In this document: in pieces, positions 31,601 to 37,924 of the stretch
Position numbering within the stretch: position 1 is the first letter of the stretch
Layout of the letters: the number at the start of each line of letters is the position of its first letter
Source: an uncultured virus (IMG/VR IMGVR_UViG_3300010885_037795)
Lineage: Duplodnaviria; Heunggongvirae; Uroviricota; Caudoviricetes
Virus record (IMG/VR): IMGVR_UViG_3300010885_037795
Coordinates: 1 to 64,000 of that record
Length of the DNA stretch: 64,000 nt
Strand: one strand, 5' to 3'
Made by a program: the position numbers and the translations under genes
The notes under the pieces: model-generated
The model's database searches: none
Seen by the model: the letters and a program-made list of their open reading frames with translations, nothing else
Told to the model about the DNA's origin: nothing

Positions 31601-34600
31601 AATATCGACGCTACTGGACCATGGGGTGATTTCCAACTTGGACAAGTTTGGTGGGACCTAAGCACAGTCAAGTACATTGACTACGAACAAGATACAGTGA
31701 GCTATCGCGCTATCAATTGGGGAGCAACATTCCCGGGTTCTAGCATTGATGTTTATGAATGGGTGTCTAGCGACTTTTTACCTAGCCAGTATATAACAAT
31801 CGGCGGCGACGGCGTACCTAAGCACCCAGCTGACACTGCTTACGTTCGTCGTGCATACATTGATGATGCCACTGGATTGGCCAGAGTAAAATATTATTTC
31901 TGGGTAAAAAACAAACGCAGTATTACTTTCAATGCAACCCGCAGAACAAATAGTGTAACTGGTATTGCTGATTTAATCGCCAATCCAGCGTCACAAGACA
32001 TTCCGTATGTTTCGTTTATTCAAAGCAATGCGTTCAATGTTTATAACTCTAAATCACTGCTTCAAGGTGATTATATTGCGCTTCACATTGAATACAGCAA
32101 AGTACAAAACAGCAACATTGTTCACAGTGAGTTCCAACTGGTACAACAGAACAATCCCAAGAGCAAGATTCCAACTCGCGTGATTAATAAAATTGTTGAC
32201 AGTATCTCTGGAGAAGACTCTGTTGGTAACATTGTTCCAGATTTACGTTTGCCGGCAGCAGGACGAGTTGGCTTGAGTTTGCGCCCTCGACAGACGTTGA
32301 TACTTGACAACGAAGCAGCCACCAAAGTGTTTGTGAGTTTTGTAAATTCAGTATTTGCTTCATATCAGGTAGTTGGTAAATTTGATCTGGCAAACATGCT
32401 AGATAACGAAGCTATTCCTGCATCGGACTCTGGATGGTACCACATCGAAATCGACATCATTGACCAATTGATGTACATTCCAACAGAACAACTATTAGTA
32501 GGTACAAGAAGTACTTCTGGGTTCCGGGTGCTAGTGGATCGCGATTCCACCTACCAAAACTTCTGGACCATTTACGAATGGCAAGGTGTTGTTAAAGGCT
32601 GGGTGCTGATTCGTATCCAAAGCTATGATAACAGTCGTTACTGGAGTTATGTAAACTGGTATGCCACAGGTTACAATGACACTGTGCTGATTGACACAGT
32701 GGTTAACACGGTGAATGATATTTCAACTTTGAACTTAACGTCTGGACAAATTGTCAAGGTACTAGACAACGGGCTGGGTAATTATGAAATTTATGAAATT
32801 GATTCTACTCTACGTGCAATACCGGTCATAAGTGAAAAAGGAACGATTGAAGTAACTGCTGATGCATTTGATGTTCTTAAAGCCAAAATTGGATTTGATA
32901 ACTCTGCATTCGACAGTCAAGGGTTTAGCAAAAATGCCGCACAAGAGTTGCGTAACATTTTTGTTGCAATCTACAACGAAATTTTTGTAAATGACCTACA
33001 AGGTAAAACCAATGAACTGTTCTTTAGTTTAGTTAACTATATCTTTACTGAGCAACGTAGTCTAGATTGGATCTTAAAGACCAGCTTCTTAACAGTGGCA
33101 CACAAACTAAGAAAGCTGTTGCAGTTTCCTGCATTTATCAAAGACAATCAAGATTACTATCAACAGTACATTGATGAAGTCAAGCCATATCGTTCACAGG
33201 TGCGTGAATACGTGCTTAACTACGAAGGAGTTGATGAATCATATAGCAAAACCACTGACTTTGATTTTTACAGTTACTACGATAAAGCACAATCAGCTAG
33301 AAGAAATCTTGACACAAACAATGCAGATGATCGTGCAGTTATACGTGCAACCAATCGCAGTGACTGGTACAGTAGTTACAGCTACCAGATACAAGAGATT
33401 GTGATCACACGCTCAGGATCAGGATACACAGTTGCCCCTGCGGTAACTGTGACCGGCGGCGGCGGATCCGGTGCAAAAGCACAAGCAATACTTGGCGCAG
33501 TTGGAACAGCAACCGAAGGACAGATTATTGGTGTAGAGTTGTTGAATGCAGGAACTGGATTCACTAGCACTCCAACAGTTGAATTTGCAATCAGTAGCGG
33601 AACTGGCGTGTCAGCCTATGCAAGACTGTCTGTACCAGCTGGTACAGTGATAGCACCAAACGACATACGGAATCGCATGGTACGAAATATTTCTACCAAG
33701 TTAAAATTTGACCGTGTTTCGTATTATGCAACTGGGGTGCGTCCTTGGATTTCATACACAACCTACTCCGCTGGTCAAGTTATAACAGTGAACGATCAAA
33801 AGACAATTGAGTTTGCAAACTACCCTGGCGATCGATTCCCAGGAACTCGTCGCGCATACTTGCTTAACCAAAATTTCTTGGGCGCAAGTATCCTGAACGA
33901 AAAAACACTGCAAGACTCCACTCAAGCAACGCTACTTGATGGCAGCTATTTTGACAATGCAAACGACCGGTTGATGGCATACTGGCAACCGGGTAGTACA
34001 GACCTTGGCACAGTGTTCTGGAGTGAAGATGCGATGCGTGTTAGAGAGTCGGACGTCAAGACCAGTCTCCAATCACTTTACACACGTATTGAACGTGTGG
34101 CACACAGCACATTGTCTCCTGTGAGTAGCAACTTTGCCTACATGGCAGTTGGCTTTGATGGTGCGATTCTTGCCAGCGTGGACGGCAAGCACTGGGTAGA
34201 TGCTAATACTGTAGAAATATCTACAAACCTACGTGGTGTTGAAAACTACGGTGGTGTGTACTGGGTAGCAGTAGGTGCGCAAGCAACAGTACTACTGTCA
34301 GAGAATGGGCTAGACTGGGGATCGTTTGCAGTGCAATCATTCTACTACAGTCCTGTTGGATCTGGCGCATCAGCACAAACTCCGGCCCTGGGTCTTCCAT
34401 ATGGATTAGTAAGCGAGAACACACAGTCATCGGTTGACTTTACTGACCTTACTACATTCACCAGCACCGCGGCCACGTATGCAGTTGCGGTAGGAAACAA
34501 CGGAACTATTTTAATTAACCCGTTTACTACATTCACCGGGTTAATTCCTTCTTGGTACAGTGTGACTCCACAAGGAGTAACCTCTGCGCAAAATACACAA

Positions 34601-36823
34601 TACCTGCGTGTGATAAACAAAGCCACCGGATACTTGGCCGATCCAAATGGGTTACCATACCTGGTAAAATTATCCGCTGATGGTTATTATTATCTTGATA
34701 TCAATGGCAAGCCATTGTTAACCGGATATATGATGGTTGCTGGTATACAAGGAAAGAGTTCACTGATTCCGTTCAGCGGAGTTGACGCGGCAATGCAAGG
34801 TTATGTGTACGGATACAACTATGATAGTCAAGAGACTTATCCTTACACAGTATTCAACGAACCTACACAAGTTACTGGGCTAGGATTAGGGTATATTGGT
34901 GAACAAGTGAACGGTATAGCATTCACTGACACCACTGACTTTGTTGTCATGGTTGGATCGGGTGGAACACTGTTGTGGAACAGTGTTGATACGGCTTACA
35001 AGATTCAAAATGGTACTGGTGTTGCTGCCGATACAGTTGGACGCATTATTGTAAACTACCAGCCGGTGAGTTACAAAAACTTCAAGTATTTCTCTGACAG
35101 TGAATTTGAATACCCATTGAAGAGAGAAGATGTCAAACACAACTTCCAGGATATTGTGTACGATGGTGAGAAATACATTGTCACCGGCGATAGAGATATT
35201 GTGCTATGGGGATACCCAGACACTAAACCAACAGGAGACTTTGGATTAACCAGCACCACGTTCATCAACATCAATGCTAATATTGCAGCCGGTGCTACCA
35301 TGACACTACGATCACAGACCAGTAATGTTACTATACAAACCGCTGGTGTGTTATCACGTGGAGCAAGCATAATTACCACAGCCAACTTAAATCTAGTAAA
35401 CAGCAATTACATGATCACTGCAATTAATGGTAATGCCAGTGCAGTGGTTGGAAATGTCGGCTTCACTGGAAAGTTAATTGGATCAGCTGTGTACGGCGCG
35501 GCACGTCATGACTTGGTGACATTTACTAATCCAGTTACCTCAGCATCGTTTAGTCTCAAAACTTCATTGAATAGTGCAAACGGATCAAGCACACTAAGCT
35601 TCACGGCAGCAAACTTGTTCTACCCAAATAATACCTGTAAGATCACGACTGGCATGATTATTAGTCATGCCAATGTATCTGCAAGTATCGGAGCCTATGC
35701 ATTTGTTACCAACTACGGCCCAATGGTTGAGTTTACAAACAAAGAGCCTGCATTTACTTGGAAGTATGCACCAGGGTTTAATAGAAATCCTGATTTGGAT
35801 TTTGTGTCAACTGCAATTAACAGAAATACCATTCAAATTGACCTACCACTTCAAGCTAATCTAGTGGCTGGCACAACTATCACATTCAACGACACTGCTG
35901 GTGCCGCATACAACTTTAACCTGTTGAGCAATGTTTATATTGGTAGCAACATACTGGCTTTTTCAAATCTTGCAGTGACATCAATTGTTCAATCAGGGTG
36001 GACCGTGGCCAACACTGTGTATCCTGCTATACAACCAAACAGCAATGTAATCTCATCTGGCACTTACTTGTTCAGTGGTGTGCGCAATCGTCAATTCAAA
36101 GACATTCCTGACAATATTCCAGGTACAGAGTATGCCGGAGTCAAAGTACAAGGCAGTGAGTTTGACGATGCTATTCAACTTGATACGGTTATGTCCAGCG
36201 AGTTTGGAGATGATGCACTAGGTGTTCGCGCTGAAGATATTGTTGTTGATGGTGGTCAATTTATTGACACATATTCAAGTTTTGCACCACAGGAATTAAT
36301 TCCTGGACGATTAACAGACAACTTACAGATCTCAGTGTTTACCAATAACCCTGCTAATGTGGCAGCAGTTGCTGGTTACAGAATTAGTTACAATGGCCGC
36401 GATCCTGCTACATACTATAGAATCAGCGCAGCCAACACAACTACACTGGCTGAAGATTTGCCCTACTCGGCATTGAGTATCAAGCTAACTGATGTAAGTG
36501 GATTACCAACGCCAAGTCCGGACCAAAACAAGGCTGGTGTGTTGTTTGTAAATGGCGAGATGATCAATTACTTTACTATCAACCGAGGCAATAACACAGT
36601 TGGACAACTTCGCAGAGGTGTAAACCGTACAGGTACACCGTTGATACATAAAGTAGGTAGCTTGGTAACGGATTCGTCTAGACTGTCTTATGTGACACAG
36701 GACGTGGCAGTTGCAATCACACAAGACTTTACAGCCAACAACATGATCAACAATGAGAGCTTGTTCCGTGCTGCGATTGACAAAGAAATTGTACAGGGTC
36801 AAACCTGGTACATTGTACCATAA
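19676..36823 (+). CDS. Giant baseplate/virion structural protein (gp7-like position), 5715 aa
   Basis: Uninterrupted 17 kb ORF after gp6; repeated GxGY..AP.V.I modules, FG-GAP-like propeller repeats (FGESVAMS..LYVGAPG), a second propeller-like region, VKPYRSQVRE motif, C-terminal GEMINY...LRRG. Confidence 0.8.
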   Translation: MAIIKTIDLLPIVFRSDSNKKFLSATLDQLVSEPNFQRVNGYIGRQFAPTYKAGDSYITEPDKLRQHYQLEPSVVIRDDSNNILHYSNYRDLLNQLKYHGANVTNHDRLFANEQYNFDGSIDFDKFINFSQYYWLPSGPPEVTVTGSNFRNILNYDVKRDTATNSFKFTGFSTDRNPLITLVRGNTYTFDLNSSGNKFWIQTRPGVGGTRSVEAEVNQRDILGVQRNGTDIGQVQFSVPASDAQDFYARAPLATNVDFAIGGTYRSFQNNLLNVINSRGGFDGVIDNIANKTLIFLTRDETAEDWTDPGNFDLDKFDQGPPESSAIPYEAGNLVPEADRYQVWLITLVDVGAGRKVVKLIPRYTVNTNEKVYVREGKTNAGLEYVKNRSGNWDEAPNITAPLDTLYYQDSKNPLMYGTIKLIEPNANFVNVTTEILGKKNYTSPNGIVFTNGLRITFDSTATPVAYIGNSYIVEGVGRAIKLISATNLIVPEGYAISGLTQPDYITVNRASIDQNPWSRSNRWFHSALINLSATYNNAPDQLIVEGLVRATRPIIEFDSDIKLYNFGTQAKAPIDVIDFTVTDAFNQVEGKTSYTVKLPGGQAPKKLTEGTRIIFANDIDPDVRNRIYNVTFITTDTGTQIHLVSLNTTLLPTFKVDSIEVVDSKPYTFIPTVTLTSPLPGLGEETANAQALMSNTTIASFSVSGGGTNYIATPDIQVATAYDVRANTTVVFDTTKKIDYVRITEAGTGYSTIPTITIAHPEAVVRTNANTTVEGNFLRMSAVSSALVGNYIIGEGMPGGSIVSNVNLSDNNVGFSIRTTVTSSGNEYVFKTLGTLGTDYHVQTTTEVFTATLTLDDTALAHEGMYVSGPRIPYGTEVLKVISPTQIEISREVSTTIGDKVVFVGRRATATPKVDGGRILAVTVDYPGAGYFAQPSYSITAPASGPTATFYLVMSDQFIRYITLDTAGSGYQLTANNSVNIINTVSSVTSTATVNGATQIEFATADEISSVGAGWLCFYVIKSAAGIKYGDFALNTYTDRAITGPELKGTISTYRDYMDIALTSSTVYTVTGVDSNVVNLDKAVEILDEDGNLIDLPAGSELVFTCQSRYFTDDLTGSGAPVGDFQTYQTAVDIDSSTTVPVLTAQGLQPGMLISDEYGSIPDGIKIISVDYITNTIVVSGELRVSANTPFRVSQSALVKVTYQPSTIESIIVTVPGRGYTSAPLVTIQPTVPAVTVVGEQSETTDSYYVVVESLVGILVGSRVTSDYDGFGIGITVGDTIPEVQELITTIDAVGVETYKVRLDVLQPPFISRNITFTYASEAIARVAPINNIDITSIDTTPDTYDAGNNVLLTTPTNIQQLITDVPVYHEYWYNGTSWQPGQQKTGYTQSPLFDIFDDTGVSVADADSYPGSKFVGTKIFGYKIGTGSIDSVLGVPLSYRNFQAVGDIQFQNYWDTDQFNYLVGSTEQTVTVNTFYLKETSADGSASYRNIWRKTSEKTHQYQVINHVFDDRTNYFEIDVLPIDSLTVPYIKVYLNNNLLSESSFSIESVGVRTAVVIEPALLSTGAKVDIRIYSNSISKLGYYEIPSNLDNNSSNSNFEVLTLGQMRNHYTTMAENNYGLEGVVLGSNNVRDIDIKSWAGSILQHASPIPLANVFLLQREFNLVEAVELAQKEYTKFKNRFSELAITQQNTILDIPKAVDAILEQMNSAKSTYSPWYDSDMLPWGTKYRTELLYPVINVQQRIYQIPTFYDDKLVSNRAVLVYLVNKVTGEDRLLVKDTDYSFSTTTAGILLSDSLLLTVNNVVKVLYFNSTEGNYVPETPTKLGLYPKFKPQIFEDTTYQNPVRVIQGHDGSLTPVFNDFRDQMLLEIETRIYNNIKVNYAENIFDLYEFIPGKFRKTAYDRKEFTRVLTKNFLKWLGTNQVDYADSSFFQSNNAWTWNYKKLKDRIDGENLPGFWRGIYQYFYDTDRPNLMPWEMLGFSERPDWWVARYGNAPYTGGNNVLWADLEQGYIYSGSRTGIDLRFARPGLSKLIPVDEYGLLISPEKLFPKQFNGRNLGGAFAIGDQAPAETAWRRSSDFPYAMQIALMLTNPAYYFGSLVNTHAYYRNINLDQLVVRNNKQRLTKDTVEIPNVGSNGDPVVHTSGYINWVRDFLVNRGIDPAPKIKSYLKNVNVNLSYATAGFADKNYLNVLAEQGSPTYNNESVIIPDENYEVYLHKSAPVNRAVYSAVIIEKGDNGWKVTGYDLANPYFTIVPSEAQGRSYQISVAGTGATIYRDYRSVKITVPYGHEFNSRQQVVDFLVAHGRYMVSQGFVFDTMNNDMASKQDWILSAKEFLTWSQQGWQSGNILVLSPAFNNLKVQGAMSVVDFVENRTSGSKVLDQNFQIIRNNQFSITRSDNVFTFTANFGQTIGYAEFNLVQYEHILVFDNETVFNDVIYKPAEGIRQFRFKLVGNKTGNWTGALNPPGFMYNSTTIQTWKADITYKKGDFVDVNGIVYLALIDIDATQKFEFSSSWQEVNRKDIKTGLLPNFASLAQKFENIYDVDNLPAAEDLRKFSNGLIGFRQRQFFSDFSLSDESQVKFYQGYITQKGTLDSITALTRATFNNITSEIEVFEEWAVRVGEYGALDSDQSVEVLLKESQLTDDPTTLILLDNADADVPGAVPIRTNDMYQIPVDYSKNIIPTRASYQPQITDFVTAGYVNLDDINGTIFDIQNFSELVNVLPDIGSGYKLWVAKDFSSSWNVYRVTETNNLVTSLTYNLDNFMIVGFDNPHDFVVGEVMGIKGFDTDFDGFYQVIGIDGLKSVLTIATRNIDVLKSAQTITDTGVLFRLKSVRFNLASDINNFTPPNGWKDADRVWIDNNDAINSWAVYQKANAWKTAGNLVLRPGEYTSDEGYGRAVSTNYDNTLLMVGSPLNNSGQVAKINISDPGQNYGSTVVSFSYPDRETGGIRAQGTALRESGTILQANLVTGGSGFTKIPTVIISDFSNLTSTSTRVGSPYVNVASTSTLKVLDRVTSANLANVSNTVVTEIVSTTNVRLNAATTISTGDWVRFDRGTNGNVQARLTPTSIASISIINGGSGYVTAPAIEIIGGGGTGVVANTVITAGVITACYVISNGAGFTEPPAVRVISPTISLATNLVAVLTSTSVASLEVINKGLSIESSYSGYSSNATIAITAVAGDTGVGATGNIRVSYLSIGGIEISVQGQGYLEPPSITITDLTAVGTGFAANTVLTTGVVKTFLRNKETLAYSQIDTIRAFGPDAGEFGADIKMGVYSSAIGAPGSFSDRGTVTLFQFAGGVSWNTQQILQPVSTNAGARFGESVAMSKDENWLYVGAPGINRVYAYAQKQTSLSRTTITLAGGASTYFINLPGATQTAEVSIVGDSGKVYQPGLEFSLIGSTLSFVSLAVLARDTKLFVAQQSNTTTIRCNTSITTYALSSLPESVDAITVIDSSGRIFVPQAEYYLNGQNLVFRNSAELVAVTITVRPLLTYYTLMGTIAPPETIESSAKFGASLATTEYGYQLLIGAPDASVNGVIRAGRAYAYDRNYELFQAFGNNRSFNAREALKQVTRVTVDGIAKVESVDYTKSGSTIVFDAIPDSGSLVRIDLNDFNLIQKLTPPDPVTQGRFGASVTISDDNTGLFVGSPGYNLPGYYFGSVYRYVNRGKVYGDAASTISTASILLAVGDTIRINEQHVSVGLTSGEDFINQINAIGIPGVVAANINGNVVITGDNVLTNNKLDILPSDGAVLADLGLSVYSYIQEIRHPGVGNPERFGSKIKISDNLETLVISSEQGATLKITTFDELTTTFDKTTTSLLDALKQAGAVYVYDFLSVPNDSLAQPSQFVFSQVLQNAYINARDNFGSSLDINKDVIIIGAEFNDNFGNNTGLVHIFTNPDLKKSWTVTRNRTDKVDTNHVNKIFAYDTRTQTIVAQFDYLDPVKGKILGVADQDIDYKTVDDPATYNLGAEARVNIDATGPWGDFQLGQVWWDLSTVKYIDYEQDTVSYRAINWGATFPGSSIDVYEWVSSDFLPSQYITIGGDGVPKHPADTAYVRRAYIDDATGLARVKYYFWVKNKRSITFNATRRTNSVTGIADLIANPASQDIPYVSFIQSNAFNVYNSKSLLQGDYIALHIEYSKVQNSNIVHSEFQLVQQNNPKSKIPTRVINKIVDSISGEDSVGNIVPDLRLPAAGRVGLSLRPRQTLILDNEAATKVFVSFVNSVFASYQVVGKFDLANMLDNEAIPASDSGWYHIEIDIIDQLMYIPTEQLLVGTRSTSGFRVLVDRDSTYQNFWTIYEWQGVVKGWVLIRIQSYDNSRYWSYVNWYATGYNDTVLIDTVVNTVNDISTLNLTSGQIVKVLDNGLGNYEIYEIDSTLRAIPVISEKGTIEVTADAFDVLKAKIGFDNSAFDSQGFSKNAAQELRNIFVAIYNEIFVNDLQGKTNELFFSLVNYIFTEQRSLDWILKTSFLTVAHKLRKLLQFPAFIKDNQDYYQQYIDEVKPYRSQVREYVLNYEGVDESYSKTTDFDFYSYYDKAQSARRNLDTNNADDRAVIRATNRSDWYSSYSYQIQEIVITRSGSGYTVAPAVTVTGGGGSGAKAQAILGAVGTATEGQIIGVELLNAGTGFTSTPTVEFAISSGTGVSAYARLSVPAGTVIAPNDIRNRMVRNISTKLKFDRVSYYATGVRPWISYTTYSAGQVITVNDQKTIEFANYPGDRFPGTRRAYLLNQNFLGASILNEKTLQDSTQATLLDGSYFDNANDRLMAYWQPGSTDLGTVFWSEDAMRVRESDVKTSLQSLYTRIERVAHSTLSPVSSNFAYMAVGFDGAILASVDGKHWVDANTVEISTNLRGVENYGGVYWVAVGAQATVLLSENGLDWGSFAVQSFYYSPVGSGASAQTPALGLPYGLVSENTQSSVDFTDLTTFTSTAATYAVAVGNNGTILINPFTTFTGLIPSWYSVTPQGVTSAQNTQYLRVINKATGYLADPNGLPYLVKLSADGYYYLDINGKPLLTGYMMVAGIQGKSSLIPFSGVDAAMQGYVYGYNYDSQETYPYTVFNEPTQVTGLGLGYIGEQVNGIAFTDTTDFVVMVGSGGTLLWNSVDTAYKIQNGTGVAADTVGRIIVNYQPVSYKNFKYFSDSEFEYPLKREDVKHNFQDIVYDGEKYIVTGDRDIVLWGYPDTKPTGDFGLTSTTFININANIAAGATMTLRSQTSNVTIQTAGVLSRGASIITTANLNLVNSNYMITAINGNASAVVGNVGFTGKLIGSAVYGAARHDLVTFTNPVTSASFSLKTSLNSANGSSTLSFTAANLFYPNNTCKITTGMIISHANVSASIGAYAFVTNYGPMVEFTNKEPAFTWKYAPGFNRNPDLDFVSTAINRNTIQIDLPLQANLVAGTTITFNDTAGAAYNFNLLSNVYIGSNILAFSNLAVTSIVQSGWTVANTVYPAIQPNSNVISSGTYLFSGVRNRQFKDIPDNIPGTEYAGVKVQGSEFDDAIQLDTVMSSEFGDDALGVRAEDIVVDGGQFIDTYSSFAPQELIPGRLTDNLQISVFTNNPANVAAVAGYRISYNGRDPATYYRISAANTTTLAEDLPYSALSIKLTDVSGLPTPSPDQNKAGVLFVNGEMINYFTINRGNNTVGQLRRGVNRTGTPLIHKVGSLVTDSSRLSYVTQDVAVAITQDFTANNMINNESLFRAAIDKEIVQGQTWYIVP

Positions 36824-36832
36824 GGCAAAAAA

Positions 36833-37198
36833 ATGAGTGTAACCGTATTAGCAACTGGACTTTTTCAAAGCAACACGCTGGCCGCACAAAATGTGCGATC
36901 ATCATTGAGTTACAGCCCAGACATTGATCCAAGACTGCCCAAGCATACTGTGACCAGTTCGTTGCTGGTAGTGACTCCAAACACTGCAATTAGTACAACC
37001 CTGGTACTTGGTGATATTAGTTTAGTATCACAGCCAGCTGTTGGAAACCTAGGCTACCTGCGTGTGGGCGGAACTGTATGGAGTTACGCCAATGTACACA
37101 CAGCAAATGCCACAGTAAGTGGGCTAGCCAACGTACAAGTTCGTCCAGCGTCAAATGTGGCAATCGCCACAGTGGTCAGCGTACTTGGAACCAGGTAA
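36833..37198 (+). CDS. Small putative virion protein
   Basis: Fills the gap between structural genes; AAGG upstream; rich in V/T/S/A/N. Confidence 0.7.
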   Translation: MSVTVLATGLFQSNTLAAQNVRSSLSYSPDIDPRLPKHTVTSSLLVVTPNTAISTTLVLGDISLVSQPAVGNLGYLRVGGTVWSYANVHTANATVSGLANVQVRPASNVAIATVVSVLGTR

Positions 37199-37207
37199 AC
37201 TTTTATG

Positions 37208-37214
37208 CTAAATA
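37208..37214 (+). promoter_or_regulatory. Late promoter motif (CTAAATA)
   Basis: TAAATA core ending 5 nt before ATG 37220, the same geometry as at gp25. Confidence 0.55.
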
Positions 37215-37219
37215 ACGAT

Positions 37220-37918
37220 ATGAACCCAAAAGTGGAAAAACTGGACACATCTGAAATGCAAGAACTTGATCAAAACGCGGAACAAAAAAAGCCCGATGAC
37301 GTAGGTGGTGTACATCTACAGGGCCATATCAAAATCTGGAATCCAGAAACTGGCGAAATTTTTGTAAACAAGCGCAATGCTATTCATTATGAAAACATGA
37401 GCGAAGCCATTGCCTATGCTCTTAGCCATAGAGATGCACGTTTTATGTACGAAATGCACTTTGGTAACGGTGGCACCGCAGTAGACGCAACAGGTGTGAT
37501 CACCTATTTGCAACCAAACACAACCAGCCAAAATGCCGCACTGTACAACCCAACATTTGCAAAAATTGTTGATGACACAGACACAGTAAACAACCCAGAC
37601 CCAGACAATAACAAAATGGAAATCAGGCATGTGCCCGGTAACCCATATTCGGATATCTTAATCACGTGTTTGCTGGACTATGGTGAGCCTGCTACTCAAG
37701 CAGTGTTTGACAACAGCACTACATTAAACGACACATTCACTTTTGACGAGTTAGGAATCAAGGCAAAATCCACTGACGGTACAACTGGTGTAACATCAAC
37801 AGGTAAACTACTTACCCATGTTATTTTTCACCCAGTACAGAAATCACTCAACCGCTTGGTACAAATCGACTATACTGTGAGGATCCAGACTCTAACCAAT
37901 CTGAGCACAATAGGATAA
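37220..37918 (+). CDS. Baseplate/fibre-attachment structural protein
   Basis: GHIKIW, FGNGG, FDELG and HPVQKSLNR..IDYTVRI motifs; start moved from 37205 to 37220 because of the promoter position. Confidence 0.6.
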   Translation: MNPKVEKLDTSEMQELDQNAEQKKPDDVGGVHLQGHIKIWNPETGEIFVNKRNAIHYENMSEAIAYALSHRDARFMYEMHFGNGGTAVDATGVITYLQPNTTSQNAALYNPTFAKIVDDTDTVNNPDPDNNKMEIRHVPGNPYSDILITCLLDYGEPATQAVFDNSTTLNDTFTFDELGIKAKSTDGTTGVTSTGKLLTHVIFHPVQKSLNRLVQIDYTVRIQTLTNLSTIG

Positions 37919-37924
37919 TAACAA

